64,000 nt of DNA from Marsupella aquatica (GCA_973895155.1 OZ316892.1:12278238-12342237); one strand, 5' to 3'. Positions 38,668 through 52,963 are shown, counted from the first letter of the stretch. Made by a program: numbers and translations. The notes: generated by a model from the letters alone, not told the origin.

Positions 38668-41600
38668 ATGGCGGAGGATGACAAAGCGAAGCGGGTGAGG
38701 GCGTTGCTGAGTAGCTTCTATGGACAGGAGGAAATTCCCACGCCAAACCCTCGTCGGGACACCCTGCAGGGCATTAATGAGCCCGATTTTGATTCCGATC
38801 GGTACATTGTGTCACTGGTGTGTTGCAGTCTCACCTTGTTGCCCTTTGATGTGTATCATATCTACGGAATGTGCAATTTAGCCGAGTACACATTTTCTTT
38901 GAAATGTATTGTCACCCCGATTGTCACACAACCTATCGGAGCGTTCAGAGGTGCGGATGGGCACCTCGATCTTGTGTAAAGGAAAATTGAGTGCCAGTGA
39001 CGCTATATTGTAATGTAACACGCTCCTGGATCGATCAAGCCCTTGTTTCACGCACATTGTCGAGTCCTCTACCGGATCAAGACGAGATTGACGTTCTCCA
39101 CAGACCATCACGCGCAGGTCTGCTATTGAAACTCTATACTTTCGGGTGTCCCGAAGTTTTTCTGAAGGAATCCCGTGTTTGATTTTCTCAGCTGCAGCGG
39201 ACTCCTCTGGATGGTTTACTACAGAAGCATGTTGAGATGGCTGCCGAAATAAAGAACCTGGACAGTGACATGCAAATGTTGGTGTATGAGAACTACAATA
39301 AGTTCATAAGTGCTACCGACACCATTAAAAGGTACAGATGTCAAGTCGACAATCTTATCGATGATTATGCGGATGATCCGGTGTCTTTCAAGCTGATAGA
39401 CAACCTTTAATCCACTCAAGATATACTTCATTCACTCCATCACACTTGAGGGTAGCTCGGTCGACTTGTTAATTAGGTTTTCCGTGGGTACTATTGTTCT
39501 GCCTGGGTGTAACCGGTGCTCAAGTGGAGTGTGGATTTGTTTAGGATGAAGGAGAATGTCGCAGGGATCGAGACGAACATGGATCAGCTCCTAGAAACGG
39601 TACGCGCCCATTCTTGTGAGCTATTTTGCTTTAAAATTCGATTTCAGCGAAGATATTGGAAAACTTGAGTGAATGGGCACCCTCTTCACATAAGTGCTGT
39701 GCAGTGTTTCAATTCCAACGCCCTATTGCTGTTGAGAACTTACAGGTTCACTGGCTTTATCGTTATATCGATGGAACTTATCATTAACATTTCCGTTGTA
39801 ATCGTTTGCTTCAGGTCACTACTGTACGTGGAAAAAGTGATGGGATCAATGTCTCTCTCTCTGCTAGGAGGGAGAGAATCGAAGAGCTGAATGGGACTCG
39901 TAGCCTCTTGCGGAAAGTGCAGGTTAGAAAGACAGCCCACCGACGAAGCTCAAGCTGTAGCATCACTGCTAGGATGTTCATCGTAAATTGAAATCCTGAG
40001 ATTTTCAGACCGCAGGATGCACTTTCGAGTTAGTTGCGTCATTTACACCAGCTTTTGGCTGATATTTCAAATGTCATAGTTGCCATTCTATGACTAGCTG
40101 GACGATGTGGTGTACTTGAAAATGCTACTGGTCATACACGGAACATAGCACTCACGACAGACATAGTGAAGAATCGTCATTGGAACGGCCATGATGGAGC
40201 CTACGCTATAACTTTAAGTCTCAGGCCTTAATGAACACTCCTTTGGCCTTGAATTTGTTTGTCAGTTTATATTTGATCTTCCAAAAAGACTGCGAACTTG
40301 CCTGAAAACTCAAGATTATGCAAAAGCCACAAAATTCTACAAGGGTGCTCTTCCGATTCTCAAGGTATGATGGATGACATCTTTCCAAGTAGAATCCCTA
40401 TAGGCTTATGGAAATTAGGGACAAGGCATTATATTTGTTTGTGCTGAATCATTTCAAAACCACTTGCTTAGTATCGCGTGATCCAGTGCGTTGGTGACAT
40501 TAGATTTGTGTCGACTGTCCATACTACGTAATGAAGTACTGGACGCTAGTCGAAAACGAGGTCACCGGGTAGCCCAACTACTCCTTCGTTGCTCGAGGTG
40601 AAGGTGGTGACATAGATTTTCTTGTTGCGGATATGAAAAGGGTAGGCATATGGGACGACATCGTTTGTGCTATGCAAGGAGGAGGCAGACGAGATTATCG
40701 CAATCGTCTCGCAAAAATTGGAAGTAAGTTCATAACATTCTACTGACGAAAATTCTTAGCAAAATCTGTCAGAGTAGTGTTGTTTCTGAATTGATTACTT
40801 TGTTTGATTGATCTCATATTTTCATATCAGGCGATGATGATTTTACTGCGTGACAGGCTATATTAAGCAGCTCTGGTTGTAACTTTAGACTTTTGCGTAG
40901 GCAGGGAGGATGGGATGATTTTTAAGCATTGTGTTATCTCTGCAGTCGCAAGTCCTGGATATTAATATACCTGTAGAAACTCGAGCTGAAGCAGTGAAGC
41001 TTCTTCAAGAACTTGATCACCCGGTACTTTTACCTCCCTTTTTGTGTATTTCAACATATCCTGTCATTGGATGATAATTACTATTCGCGGGCTTCTGTTC
41101 CAACTTGATTGTTCATACCAATACTAGAGACAAATTCAACGTACAGTGTTAGTTGCTTCGTCGCTTGAGATACTCGAGGGTTCACTGCATTGAAAATAAG
41201 GATGGACGAAGAAACTATACTTTAGCATGGTGACGTACCTCCGCTTTAGCCGTTGCGTTACCTCTGCTACAAGAAGAATGCATAATCTAGAGTAAGAGAC
41301 GAGTTATTGGGATCATATAAAGGATGTTTTGCTGAGTAATTTACTCTTCCCCATCTCATCTATGCATGTCTATCTGTGTTAAGTCTTTGCGGTACGTGAC
41401 TAGTTACAATGCTAACATAGCGTTGTAACTGGCAGCTCCTGTGTAACCGGTCGTTGTGCTGATTTTAGGACTGTTTTTGCCTTCTGGGTGTGTGTTTGGG
41501 AGGGGAACTTGTGGTGGCTGGAGACAGGTACAGAAAATGGTGGAGAGGTACTTAGCAGCTCATTGGGAGCGTCTTATGTCTTCGCTTCAAGTAGTAGAAC

Positions 41601-44600
41601 CTGAAACGCGTGGGCTGGTGGGCCATCTTCGTGGCTGGCCCGATCCTCATACTCGTGGGTGGCCACCTACTCACACTGAAGCTACGGAAGACTTTCATAA
41701 GGTTGTTCATCAGGGTACTATGCTTTTGTTTTGTCTTTGGGAGGCAGTCGTTATACTTGAGATATTTAACTTGGCTTCTTCGATCGTCCAGTGTTCCCTT
41801 TACCTAAGCTTTAGAATCCGATAATTGTTGTAGAGTGTTCTGAACTTTTAGTATGTGGTAAGACGTACCTCAATTTGGTCCTGTTTCTTTCTGTCGCGCT
41901 TTAGACCTTCGAATGTTACTCCCCTGAGTTTTTTCCTGAACGCTTTAGTAGACTTGAACGTAAATCGACTTCTGGGAGTCAATTCATGTAGATGTGCTAT
42001 TGATGGTGAGATCTTATTGAAGCGAAGGGAAGCTGAGATTAGAAGATGAAATTGTGTTGCTAACGTCTGTTTTGTGTGTGTCCTGTTCAAGGTGGTTTTT
42101 ATCGACGACTTCACTGAAACGGCAAGCATTTTTAGAGCTCTTTTCCCACACGAAGAACATCGTCTTACTGACGCCACCATCAAGCTTCTAGAAGAGTAAG
42201 ATGCAGATTATTTCCTTCTCGTCTGTTGCTAGGAAAATGTTGTGACTAATTTCCTCTAAACATTTTTTGCTCAGTATGGGCTTTGGACATATATCTGATT
42301 TCCACTGAATCCTTGCTGGATGCAGATATCTTGCAAGCGTGCGCAAATTATTAAAGCCAGCTGTTGGAACTCCCTCTGTCCAAGAGCTTGCTGGAGTTTT
42401 AGGTATAGGCGGAACGTGAAGCTCAGTTTCACAAGGGCCCTTGACTTTAATTCAACAAACCGTTAAGAAAAGAATAAATTTAGGAGTTGGTGCCCCTAGG
42501 AGCTAGGGAGAGGTTATTTCTTATTGCGAAATATTGGGTTTGGGTAATGTACTTTACATATTAGATCATATTAGGAATGGCTTGGCTGGGTGATGCAGAT
42601 ACGATGTCTCTAGATACAGACAAAATGCAAACTTTGGTGCCCGAGGCAGGTGTTTCCACGATGACTGCTAAGGTATACACATAAAGCCGAGGCATTTGTT
42701 TGTATTTAAATATGGAGACTCACATGCCAATCTACTTACAATGGAGCTCGTATAAAACTCTAGCTTTAATAATTGAATAGGTTATTAGTTTGAAGTTGAG
42801 ATGGTAAAATGGAATGGCATAGACTTGATAATATTTACTGCTCTGCTCTGGCATAGTCAAAGTAAGCATTTTTCTTCACAACCCTCCTTTTGGATTTTTT
42901 AACCGTGGTCTCAATAAACGTTATGTACATATATAGATTCCCTTCGTCTAATTTTGGTTTGTTTCAATTATTGAACAGGTAGTGGAGACAGCAGTTCAAG
43001 AACATATTGCAGCAGTTTTTGCAGAACTTTACGGTCGTATTACAGGTATGATCCTCTCAACAGTTTAGCCGGAAATGTCATAATGTGTGGCGCGTTGAGA
43101 GCTTTTTGTAGAAGTTCTTGCTTTCTGTTTGCTTGATGAGTGAATTGGGACGCATGGTTTAGTACTATTGCGTCAGCAGTAGTCTGCGATGGTATAGTCT
43201 TCTCGAACCTCATTGCATGCATTTAGAGCTACACAGAGGTTTTACTTTTGATACAGAAATTTGGATTTTTGCAGGGGCTCTCTTGATTGGGGAGCTCCCA
43301 TCCATCAAAGAAGGACGTTCTGCAGAGACCCCGAAACCCTTGCGTGCGGCACTCGATAATGCCAAGCGAGTGGTCTTATTTGACAGTGTCGAGGTTTTGC
43401 GAGTATGTCTAGATTTGCCCTAAGGATCTTAATTTGCTGAATCTCAGGCTGAGGTTTACATTTTCTGCTACTTGTTGTAATCTTTAGTTACGATAAACTT
43501 TCGAACATCTCAATGTCTTGGTCCGTTACCTCAAAACGCCAGCTACTGATCTCGATGGCAGAGTGTAGATTTGAACTCATATGTTCCCCATTTTGTTTGT
43601 GGAAGGATCTTCGAGACCTTTTAGAAGGGTGCGGCAATGTCTTGGAGAACTGGAGAGATGCTTACATAGACCAAGTGCAGGCCGGTTTCCAAGATCTTTT
43701 CACAAAGCTGAATGGTCATTTCCACCATCTGTCCTCAATCAGTCAAGATACTGTACCTGCCCAAAAATCCCAAGGGGTATCTTCGGGCTTGATCTTGATC
43801 TTGGCGCTTCTCTCAGTCTATATTCAGCAGACTGCAGTCCCCAAAATTACAGAGGTATCTCTCGGAAAACTCCTCATTTGAGGGTGCAGATGTGAGTCCC
43901 TGTCCTGCAAGTTGTGCTTTTCAACACTGTTGGTTGCGGTTCACTTCATGCTATTAATTTTCTTCAGCGATGGTAAATGCAGGTTATTGGTGTATCGTTT
44001 GTGGGTGGTGGTGCAATGGGTTTTGAAGCTAGACCAGCATTTGTGCCCTCAGAGATTTGTAGAGCTTTCTATGCCAATGGTGAAAAGCTTCTGCATGAGG
44101 TCTGACTTTCTTGACATGCTGTTTTCTATGCTTTTGTTCGATAAGCTGTCATTTATGTCCACATTGTTGATGAGTCAAAATTTCTTCCAGCACCCACTGA
44201 TTTAAGTCCCAGTCGGACGAGTCCTCTGTTGGCTCAATTCTGATGGAGTCATTTTTGGTATATTTTGATGTAGTATATAGACACGCAATCACGGAAGTGT
44301 TCTGTTTTACTTCGAAAGAGTATTGAGACGCCAAATTGGTTAAAGGTAATCACTCACTGCCAACCACGAGTTTCGATAATTCTGATCGCTAGCTTATGGA
44401 TTGAATCTTTCGAAGTACAAGTGTGGGACTCGGTGAAACGGAAATAGTGAAAAGGTAAATCTAGACAAGTTAACTGCAGGGTCTGAAATAGAAACATTTC
44501 AGCGTACTTTCAAACTTGCAATCATTGGACAAAGCTGAACATTACTATGCACGATATGGCATCTCCGAAATCATTTCTAAGATGTGATGCTTACAGGGTT

Positions 44601-45782
44601 GTGACACAGTTGGGGCAGGTGTCATTGGCCTTGATAACAATTTGTGTTTGCTTTTGGCAGTACAAAGAGCCAAGGGATGTGCGAATGTTTGCCGATCTAC
44701 TTCTACAAGAGGTATGCCCTACGAGCTTCTTCCAATTCGCTGGAACTCATGCGTGGACAGAATCCCTCGGCAAAATGACAATCTATTTCTATTGCTGTTT
44801 ATCTTGGTTATGCAGGTAAACCGAGTGCAATCTGAGGTACAGCAGTTGTTGGACCATGGGATTACCCGTGGGCATCAGCATACTGATAGTACAGGTAGCG
44901 CAGGATCTTCAAGGAGTAATCCCGCGAGTTTGCGAGACAGTACAAGTATACGAGATAGCTCAAGTATTCATGAGGGCAGAAACCCTCAGATAAGCATAAG
45001 TAACCGTGCGCGAGGACAAGCACTTGAGAGAGATGTTGCCAAACTTTTTAAGCAAAAAGTCGAGCTCTTCACAAAGGCGGAGTTCACACAAGTAACGTTT
45101 CTTGCCTGTTAAACCTTTGAGTTTCTTTCATCTTCAGGCTGTTCTTTTTGCGATTTGGTCCTTCGTAACCTGTCAAACCCTAAATCTTTGCCTGTCGTTG
45201 CTATTACCTAAACCTGCTGAAGTGTTTGTTGCTGTTTGTCCTTGGAAGGTATCAGTCATGTCCACAATCATAAAGATGGGGCTCAAGACTTTTCAAGAAT
45301 GTGTGCGGCTGCAGACGTTCAACCGTAGTGGATATAATCAGATTCAACTTGATGTCCAGTACTTGCGTGGCACGCTTCGAGATAAGATGATTGATGAGGC
45401 TGTGATTGATTCTTTACTTGACGAAGTGAGTATGTTGTCTTCTGCTAACGTGTCTAAACTTACATAAGTTTTATTTCCTGCCTCAATGTGTAGTTACATT
45501 TGCACCTTTAGTGAATCTAATGGGGTATTGCTCATGGTATGGACTAATGCGTTTATGCTACAAGCCAGGCTGCACTAAATCAACTGAGTTGTGTTGTAAG
45601 ATAACTCATTTAATGAGTGAGGAAGCAACTTTCAAAGACATCTGATAGGAAATTGACTTTTGCTCATGTCTTTAAAACTGTAGGTTTGTACAGCTGCTGC
45701 AGAGCGGTGTATCGACCCAATTCCCCTTGAAGCTGCCATTCTTGACAGACTGATTGATGCCAAGAGGGCAAAACAATTTTGA
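38668..45782 (+). CDS. VPS51: Vacuolar protein sorting-associated protein 51 (GARP/EARP tethering subunit), ~790 aa, 20 exons
   Basis: Exons: 38668-38817, 39192-39331, 39545-39599, 39815-39922, 40266-40364, 40646-40723, 40946-41023, 41528-41701, 42092-42195, 42326-42402, 42599-42672, 42979-43045, 43275-43402, 43606-43854, 43983-44099, 44274-44345, 44661-44711, 44816-45091, 45249-45425, 45684-45782. Phases are consistent, total 2373 nt. Motifs: [45 protein letters not shown] (Vps51 domain), [51 protein letters not shown]. Confidence 0.95.
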
Positions 45783-48700
45783 GCTGGTTCAAAGGTTGGT
45801 CCATTCCGTTATGTGACTCTAGGCTTGCTAAGGCTCCATACTTTGTGGGGAATGTTATAAACTACAAGAGGATGCAGCAAATGAAATGTCAAAGTTCAAC
45901 CGTTGTAAGTTATCTCTGTCTAATTGAGATGCCACTCTACCCGCATGTTGCTCTGGATTTCATCAGTGGTCTGGCATGGTTGGCATCGTACCTCAGGGCT
46001 TACAGACGTTCAGAGTGAATGTATCAATCAGAACAACGTGGCATCAATTTTGAAGAATCGTTTTAGGAAATCTGTATGCACCTTCACCCATGTAATAAGC
46101 TCCAGCAGTTTGAAGTTAGGAATCTCCGTAATTATACTAGTAAGACCACAGAATACGCAATTTTCTGAATGGGTGATTCGTTGAGATTTAAGTTTGTGCA
46201 GCTTGTAGGTAGGCATGAGTACGGCAGACCTGCAGATTCAAAAATGATTTCTAGTAGTGATTTCTCAAGTTGCTGTTCGATTTATATAATTATGGAGATT
46301 CTTCTTTCTGCACTCTTGACAAACCCGAATAGTTGATGATAAGTTGGTAGAAGGTAAACCTATTGAACTGATCGGTATTTCTCTAAGAAACAGCCTAAGT
46401 TTATACTATACACATGCACCAGGAGAAACTCTAGCACATACTAGATGCTGAAACGTATAGGCACAAATATTGTGGGGAAGGAGAAACACACCCCATAGAT
46501 TTATTTCCCATGATTAGTGGAAACAGGAGAAATTACAAGATGGCTTATGATACATCTGGGCTTTGTAAGTCAGACTTCCTCTCGCTATATATATCCTTAA
46601 GGAAAATCGATTCATCCTCAGCAAGTCAGGCACCACCAACAGTTTGATGCGGTTGGACTGACTTCTCGACACTTACTTGAAACTCCGTACATCAGTCCAA
46701 TAAGTAAGAACTGACCCTTAGCTTTGCATCCGTCAAGAATTTTTAATTTTGTAATTTTGTAATGTTTGTGGGGGTTGTGGGGAAGCAAAGCAAACCTCTT
46801 CAGGCAAGACATGCTGAGTCAATATGTACCCATACATTTGAAAAGTTCTTGAATCAGTTTGCGATATGTTGAGGGTTATTGAGGAAGACTTCTTCAATAC
46901 TTCTTCCTCCTTGCCTTCAAACTTAAGGGGTTGTGCCTATGCTTTTGACCCCTTCTCGTTGGTGCTTTATAGTTTCAGGGGAGGCCCCGGCCAAACCCCC
47001 TTGCTAGCCTGGCCAGGGGTTCCAAGTATCATCTCCTAGTCTCAAAATTTCAAAATTGAATGTAAAATGAGACCTTTGGGGTTTAAGCTTTGCTAAACCC
47101 ATGGCCTCTTTGTGGGCCATGGCTGGAATGCTCTCGGGCTCACCATTCTCAAGGATTGCAGCCAGTAACCCCTTCCAGGCTAAGGGTTACCCTGCAGAAC
47201 AGGTTAGGACTCTTCACAAAAATTCGAAGACGCAGCTCACACTTTGAGACCCAGCTGATCTGCCAGCTCCACTACAATTGGGTGGTAGACCTGAGGTGCT
47301 TCAAGCACTCGAGCCTGCCTAGATGCGATACTTGAGAAAAAGAGCAACACCGAGGAGCTAGTATGATAAGTGCCTCCAGAAAATGGGCACCAAAATAAAG
47401 GTGAAGTGAACAAACAGGGCATTCAAGGATACTGAGATAACCATCTCATTCTCTGAAGTAGATGAATTAATTTCTGGAGTTAAATATATAATTTAGAAAT
47501 ATTGAATAAATTGAATTTCCGTGGAAAACTTTCTGGGACACAACTTTTTGCCGTGCAGGCAGTGTTGAGACTCAGTAGGGCATCTCCACTAGCTGTTCTT
47601 TCGAAGTCTTACACGACTAGGATGTTGAGGGCTAAGTTAAGGGTAAAAAATCCCAGGTTACTGAAGATTGCTACTGCTACTAAGCTGGGTGGTCGGTGCT
47701 CGTGCAAATGCATTAACGCCCTCCAAGAATAGTTGGCACCCTTCAGAAAATGTCGAGGGCACATAGTGCTTGCAGGGAAAGCATCATTCCCCAAACATTA
47801 CTCGTGGTCAAGATTTAGAGCTCATGTGGAGAGATTCACCAGATGCATATAATTCGATTCCTTCACCTACAAATCTGTCTGGCTGATGCATATTATGTGA
47901 GATCAGACTGGACCAACTTCATTCAGTTGTAGAAACACACAGGCTAATTGAAAACATGTTATGTGTACATTAGGGGGAGTCAATGCTCACTTACATGCGA
48001 GTCACCTGGGCTGTCGCAGTTCGTTTGTGGATATTTCAAGCACTTTAGATTAAGTTGTGTACTTCAGCTCTCTCCCCAGTTTTCACTCCAGAGAGTGCAA
48101 TTACTGCACAGAATGGAACACTCCCTTTGATCCGTCCCCTATATGAGCACTTTTAAATATAAATATCCACATTGTGGAGCATGCTGCCATGTTGGACCGT
48201 CGAACATTGGACACATCATGCATTTTCCTTGAGGATCACTCGATGTGCAAGTTCGAAAGAGTTTTGTTGGTGTTGCTATATGGAAGAGTATTTTAGTTGT
48301 GAACTTTTGGGTATTGCGTCCATTCCGATGGCACATAATTTTTTCATTCCTTCTATAAATCATGGGACTCACAATAAATGCTGTCTGTTGTGCTTGCTCC
48401 ATTAGTCAGTGTTGCGCGTAGCCGGTAGCTGGAAGGTGCAGGTCCGCTGCTCGCAGGATGAAAATAAATACCTAAAACATTCTGAGATTGCTGTCCTACA
48501 GCCCATGGGCTAAAGGTAGAGTGTGAGAGTCGGGTGGCACAGGTGTCAGGTTTGAACCTTGCCTGCATCACATCCCCCCCCTTATGTGAGGTTTATTAGA
48601 CACCTCTAGTGACACTTATATATATTTTTCAATCCAACAGAGTTTACACACAATCCCCCTAAATTGGGGTTCAGATGCCTCTAGTGACACTCAGAATTTT

Positions 48701-50934
48701 TTATGATTCCAGGGAACCCCTCTAGCCATTCCTGGTCAACATTCACTAAAATCCAAAAGTGCTACAGAAACACACCATTAAATGCTGAACACTCGTAGAA
48801 GTGAGTTTTTTTCATCAGGCAATAAATCCAAAATCCAACTGACACTTTCGTTTGTCTTGAAAATCTTTGGATAAAAGTGACAGTATACACAGCGCTCATT
48901 AATTCACAATCGACTGTTCCCAGGGGATCCAGAAAAGGATCCAATCATTTTGTCCCCTGGGCTTTTTCCTTTTTTGCTTCTTGTGTGCTACTGCTGACAA
49001 GACCAAGACCACAGTAGCTGAAAAGGGAACCCCGTTTTGTTCGTTTTGATGAATATATTGGTCCTCGATGGACTTTCCGCTTTTCCTTCTTGTACTTTGT
49101 TGGCCCTTTTCGTGTAAAATTTTTCTCATGTTTTTTCCAGCTTTTAACTTCTTGCCCCCAACGTCTTGTAAAGCCACCCTAAAGATGTTCCAAATGACCA
49201 AGAGTGCCATTGTTTTTTTAAATATGCCACGCTTTCTTATGTGGACAACAAGTTCACCAAAGTAGCCAAATACAAAAAAGGTGATATATTTGTAAATTCA
49301 ATAAAAATCGTGTCTACATTGTAAATTTAGAACATCTCTAAGCTAAGTTAAAAGCTATTTCTATTTTCTGTGGCACTTATATGACAAGAACAAGTGTCAC
49401 CGGTAAAGGCGCCTTGTTGCTAACAAGCTGCCTCTGTTCATTTGTCTAAGTGAATTATAGACCTCCCAGTTCACTGTTCATTTGTCTAGGTGAACTGCAA
49501 ACCTACTCTGCAGGCTCTCCCACTCACTTTCCATCAAAGGACTCTTACCCAAAAGGTTTTGTGGTGATTCTAAACTCGTTTCCACTGTAGTCTATGACTT
49601 GAGAGAGCAACAACTCCAGGGGGGGGTCTGTGTGTGGGAGGGCGCGGGGTAGTGGTGCTGTTGCTAGTCGGAGCGCCCGATTGCGGGATGCATTAATGAG
49701 CCTGCAACCTCGTGGAGGGGAGGTCATTGCTTGGACTGACCCCCCACCTGCGGAGCTGGTTTTGGGGAGTTGAGGCTGTGCATGCGGCCGACCCTCCTCC
49801 CTTGTTAAGTCAATCATCCAATGGCCCAGTTTGCATGATCCAATGGATGGAACTGATCCCTGATTAGCTCCTACCCTCTTTTCCCTGATCAGTTCAGGGC
49901 GTGCTCTCCAGCTGATTTTCCAGAGCAGCAAGTAGATAGTAAAAAAATAGATTAGTTGCAGACCACAACACTCTAGAAATGCAAGCCTCCACATAACATC
50001 CACCTTGTCCTCAGCTACCATGCTGCAAAACTGTGCTCTCTCAGTCACTGTAGTGACAGAAATTTGACCTCATCACACTCCAAATTGCAACTACGCCAGT
50101 GCTGCATTTTTTTTTTGACAAAAAATCCATCTCTAAGAAAACTACAACTTGAAAACTTGAAGTCAATGGGTACCTTGAAGTCAGTGGGGAGCTCAGTCAA
50201 TAGGGAACCTTACAGCCTCTCTTCCAAGAAGAAACAAGCACAAACAAAACAAAACAAAATAAAAATGTCAAAAATTCAGTATGTCAAATGTGCAACTGAA
50301 ATGTGCAAAAATCTGAACATTTAGGACTGCGACTTCAGGAGAAAGGAGTGCTGGCATAGGTGGGGCATAGGTGGGGAGAAGACAGGCCAGATGGAGCTCA
50401 GTGGCAACCCAAATCATAGCTGGAAGTGCCTGAAATTTGAACTCAAAGTTACAGCCAATTACATCTGGGAGATAAGGAGAGAAATCTGGAAACTTTGGCT
50501 GCCTTTCTACAAAGGAAGGTGACAGCTTAAGTTTAGATGTGTGTAAACTAAGCTGCTACAAGGTTCACAGGTTTGCCAGGGGAGATTGACTTTACTACTT
50601 GGGAAATTTAATCAGTCAGTAAAATAGACGGCAGGAGCTCATCTGAGATAAATTATTTCCGTCAGATCATATAAACTCAGCCATTGGATTCTCTGTATAC
50701 ATTCATTGAACTAGCTCACAAGCAAAAATAGTGGAATCTATCAATTAAAATAAAATGGCAAATTAATAAGTTTGCCAGAAAAAGTGGCAAAGTTGTTCTC
50801 AGTGAAACTGTATTTGAAGTACTAGGTTAATATACACATACTTTTTACAGAAAAAGGCCAAATAGGTTACCCAAAGTCCTTTATATGAGAACTTGTGGTT
50901 TAAGTTCTCATCCCCAGTACAGTATATTTGCATG

Positions 50935-51040
50935 GCCGTTGGCCCACCCCACACAGCCCACACACTCCAACCCTACCCCACACCTAATGGTGGGGGGAAG
51001 GGGGGTCGAACCTGAGACCTGCTGCCCTCGGGGCCAATCT
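50935..51040 (-). mobile_element. tRNA-derived SINE-like fragment
   Basis: Minus strand AGGTCTCAGGTTCGACCC (B-box) is followed by CCACCATTAGGTGTGGGG, like the 34.6-kb copy. Confidence 0.55.
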
Positions 51041-51094
51041 GGTCTCCCTTCAGTTCTGTCAATAGAGGAAAAATTCACGAACTTCAATGTGCCA

Positions 51095-51305
51095 GACACA
51101 CTGGTAGGGCCAATAATATGGTGGTACATAAGACCAAATCAGGGCCTAACTAAACCGGTTGGACACTAATCTGTGTGGTACTTTTGGCTCAACTCAACAC
51201 CCACCAACCGTCTCCCCACACCTAGTGGAAAAGAGGTTAAAGAGGGGCTTGAACCTAAGAGCTGTTGGCCCAAAGTTCCAATCCCTTAGCCACCTGAAAT
51301 AAACA
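51095..51305 (-). mobile_element. tRNA-derived SINE-like element
   Basis: Minus strand TATTTCAGGTGGCTAAGGGATT (A-box-like, similar to the 34.7-kb copy) ... TTAGGTTCAAGCCC (B-box), then CCACTAGGTGTGGGG. It shares AAATCAGGGCC in the body. Confidence 0.55.
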
Positions 51306-52530
51306 CTAGGCCCCACTTAGATTTGTATGGCACTTGGCCCAACCACACTCACCACCATAGCCAATGAGAGAGGGGGATCTATTCTGGAGCTACGACTTCC
51401 CATGGGATTTCTTGAGCCCAAAGTTTTTGCTAGGATAGGATCTGTAAGCTTTCATGTGATTTGTGAGATTGTGCAGTTTCACTACTCTATGTATTTAGAA
51501 CATAAAATGTTTCCTTCCACATGAAGAGTGTTTGGGGATGGGAGGTTAAAGGTTTGGATGGAGATTCCATAAGAGCTTATGGCTTATCATTCACTTTCAT
51601 GTTAAGTACCCAAATTTAATTATAGAATTGCAATCTAAAGCTCCTCTGAAAGTCTGCTCTCTGAGGGTTTACTGTCTAGAGTGAAGACTCTAAACCATGA
51701 CTCTGGAGGCATAACTCAAAGTGGGGGTGTGGGCGGAAGATGGGGATTGGGTGTAAGTCACTGGAAAACATTTGAAAGAGAAAGTCAACAGAACATTAGG
51801 GAGTCTATTTGTTCACAAGGCCTTTTTGTCTTCAATTCATTTTCATTGATGGAATAGATAATCAGGCTAGTGTGAAATACTTGGCATCCGAAAACCACTT
51901 GGGATGGCTGGTGCCTGAATCTAAAATTTGGGAATGGGATCCAAAGGTAATGGGAATACCATCTTATTGGGTTGTTTCAACATGTTTTTTGTAAAGAAGG
52001 CATGGCACCTGGTGTCGCTGATCATGAAGTAAAATTTGGTAATTGGCTGAACTTTACTTCAGTATTGTGATGTGGGCTCAAAAATTGTTTGAACACACAC
52101 TATCGGTAGGCATGGTCGAAACCTTCTTGTCAAAAAATCATTTGAACTCTAGACATTAGGTAAGTCTACTGTGACCACATAGCTTTGGTCATGGGCCTGG
52201 TAATGGGAACCCTCAAGTCACAGTTTGGTGTTTGGGTGGTGGCTAGCCCTAATTGGAGTTCCTATTGTGAGTAATTTGGAACCTGATAGTATGGGTATGG
52301 CTTTATATCCCAGTACAGCTGCAATAAACTGTTGTATGATACGCACAAATGCCACTTGCTGGTGATTACACTTGTCATGGTGGAGATCCATTTCAATGAC
52401 AGTTTTCTAGAACTGCCTAGAGCATCTTTTGCAATTTATAAAATAAATTTCAAAGGAAGGATGCAGGGCCGTCCATGCCAAGCTACATCTTTTGCAATTG
52501 ATATATCTTATCCCCCTGTTTCTGTCCTAT

Positions 52531-52669
52531 CATGATACTTTTGACAGATGGTGTCTGATGCACTTTAGGAGGTTTAGGTTCTGATTATTCTACATAGGGC
52601 ATGATACTTTTGACAGATGGCGTCTGATGCACTTTAGAAGGTTTAGGTTCTGATTATTCTACTTAGGGC
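52531..52669. repeat. 69-bp tandem duplication
   Basis: CATGATACTTTTGACAGATGG.GTCTGATGCACTTTAG.AGGTTTAGGTTCTGATTATTCTAC.TAGGG occurs twice. Confidence 0.92.
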
Positions 52670-52963
52670 TGAGGCTGTTGGGTTTTAGGGCCTGTAAACA
52701 AATTCTTTGTTGTGTCCCTCCTATGTGGTTGGGCTTTGCCAGGCTTTCAATTTGCTGCCATGTAGGGTTTTAGTTTAGTTTGTGACTGTGTGGGGTTTCA
52801 GTTCTTTTTGTTGTTGGCCAGTCACAATTTTTTTGGTCAGTTTGGTCTGGGGTTTTACCCCCATTATTTTGTCTCTTGCCACTGGACATTGTCTCCCCAT
52901 TTGGAGCTTTTGTTCCTTGACAGTGTGAAATATATATATATGGGATGGGATTTACTAGACAGA

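Noticed and set aside
46600-50400. Possible transposase or pseudogene remnants and a 167-aa ORF (49545-50048)
   Set aside because: No catalytic motifs or consistent frame could be recognised by eye.
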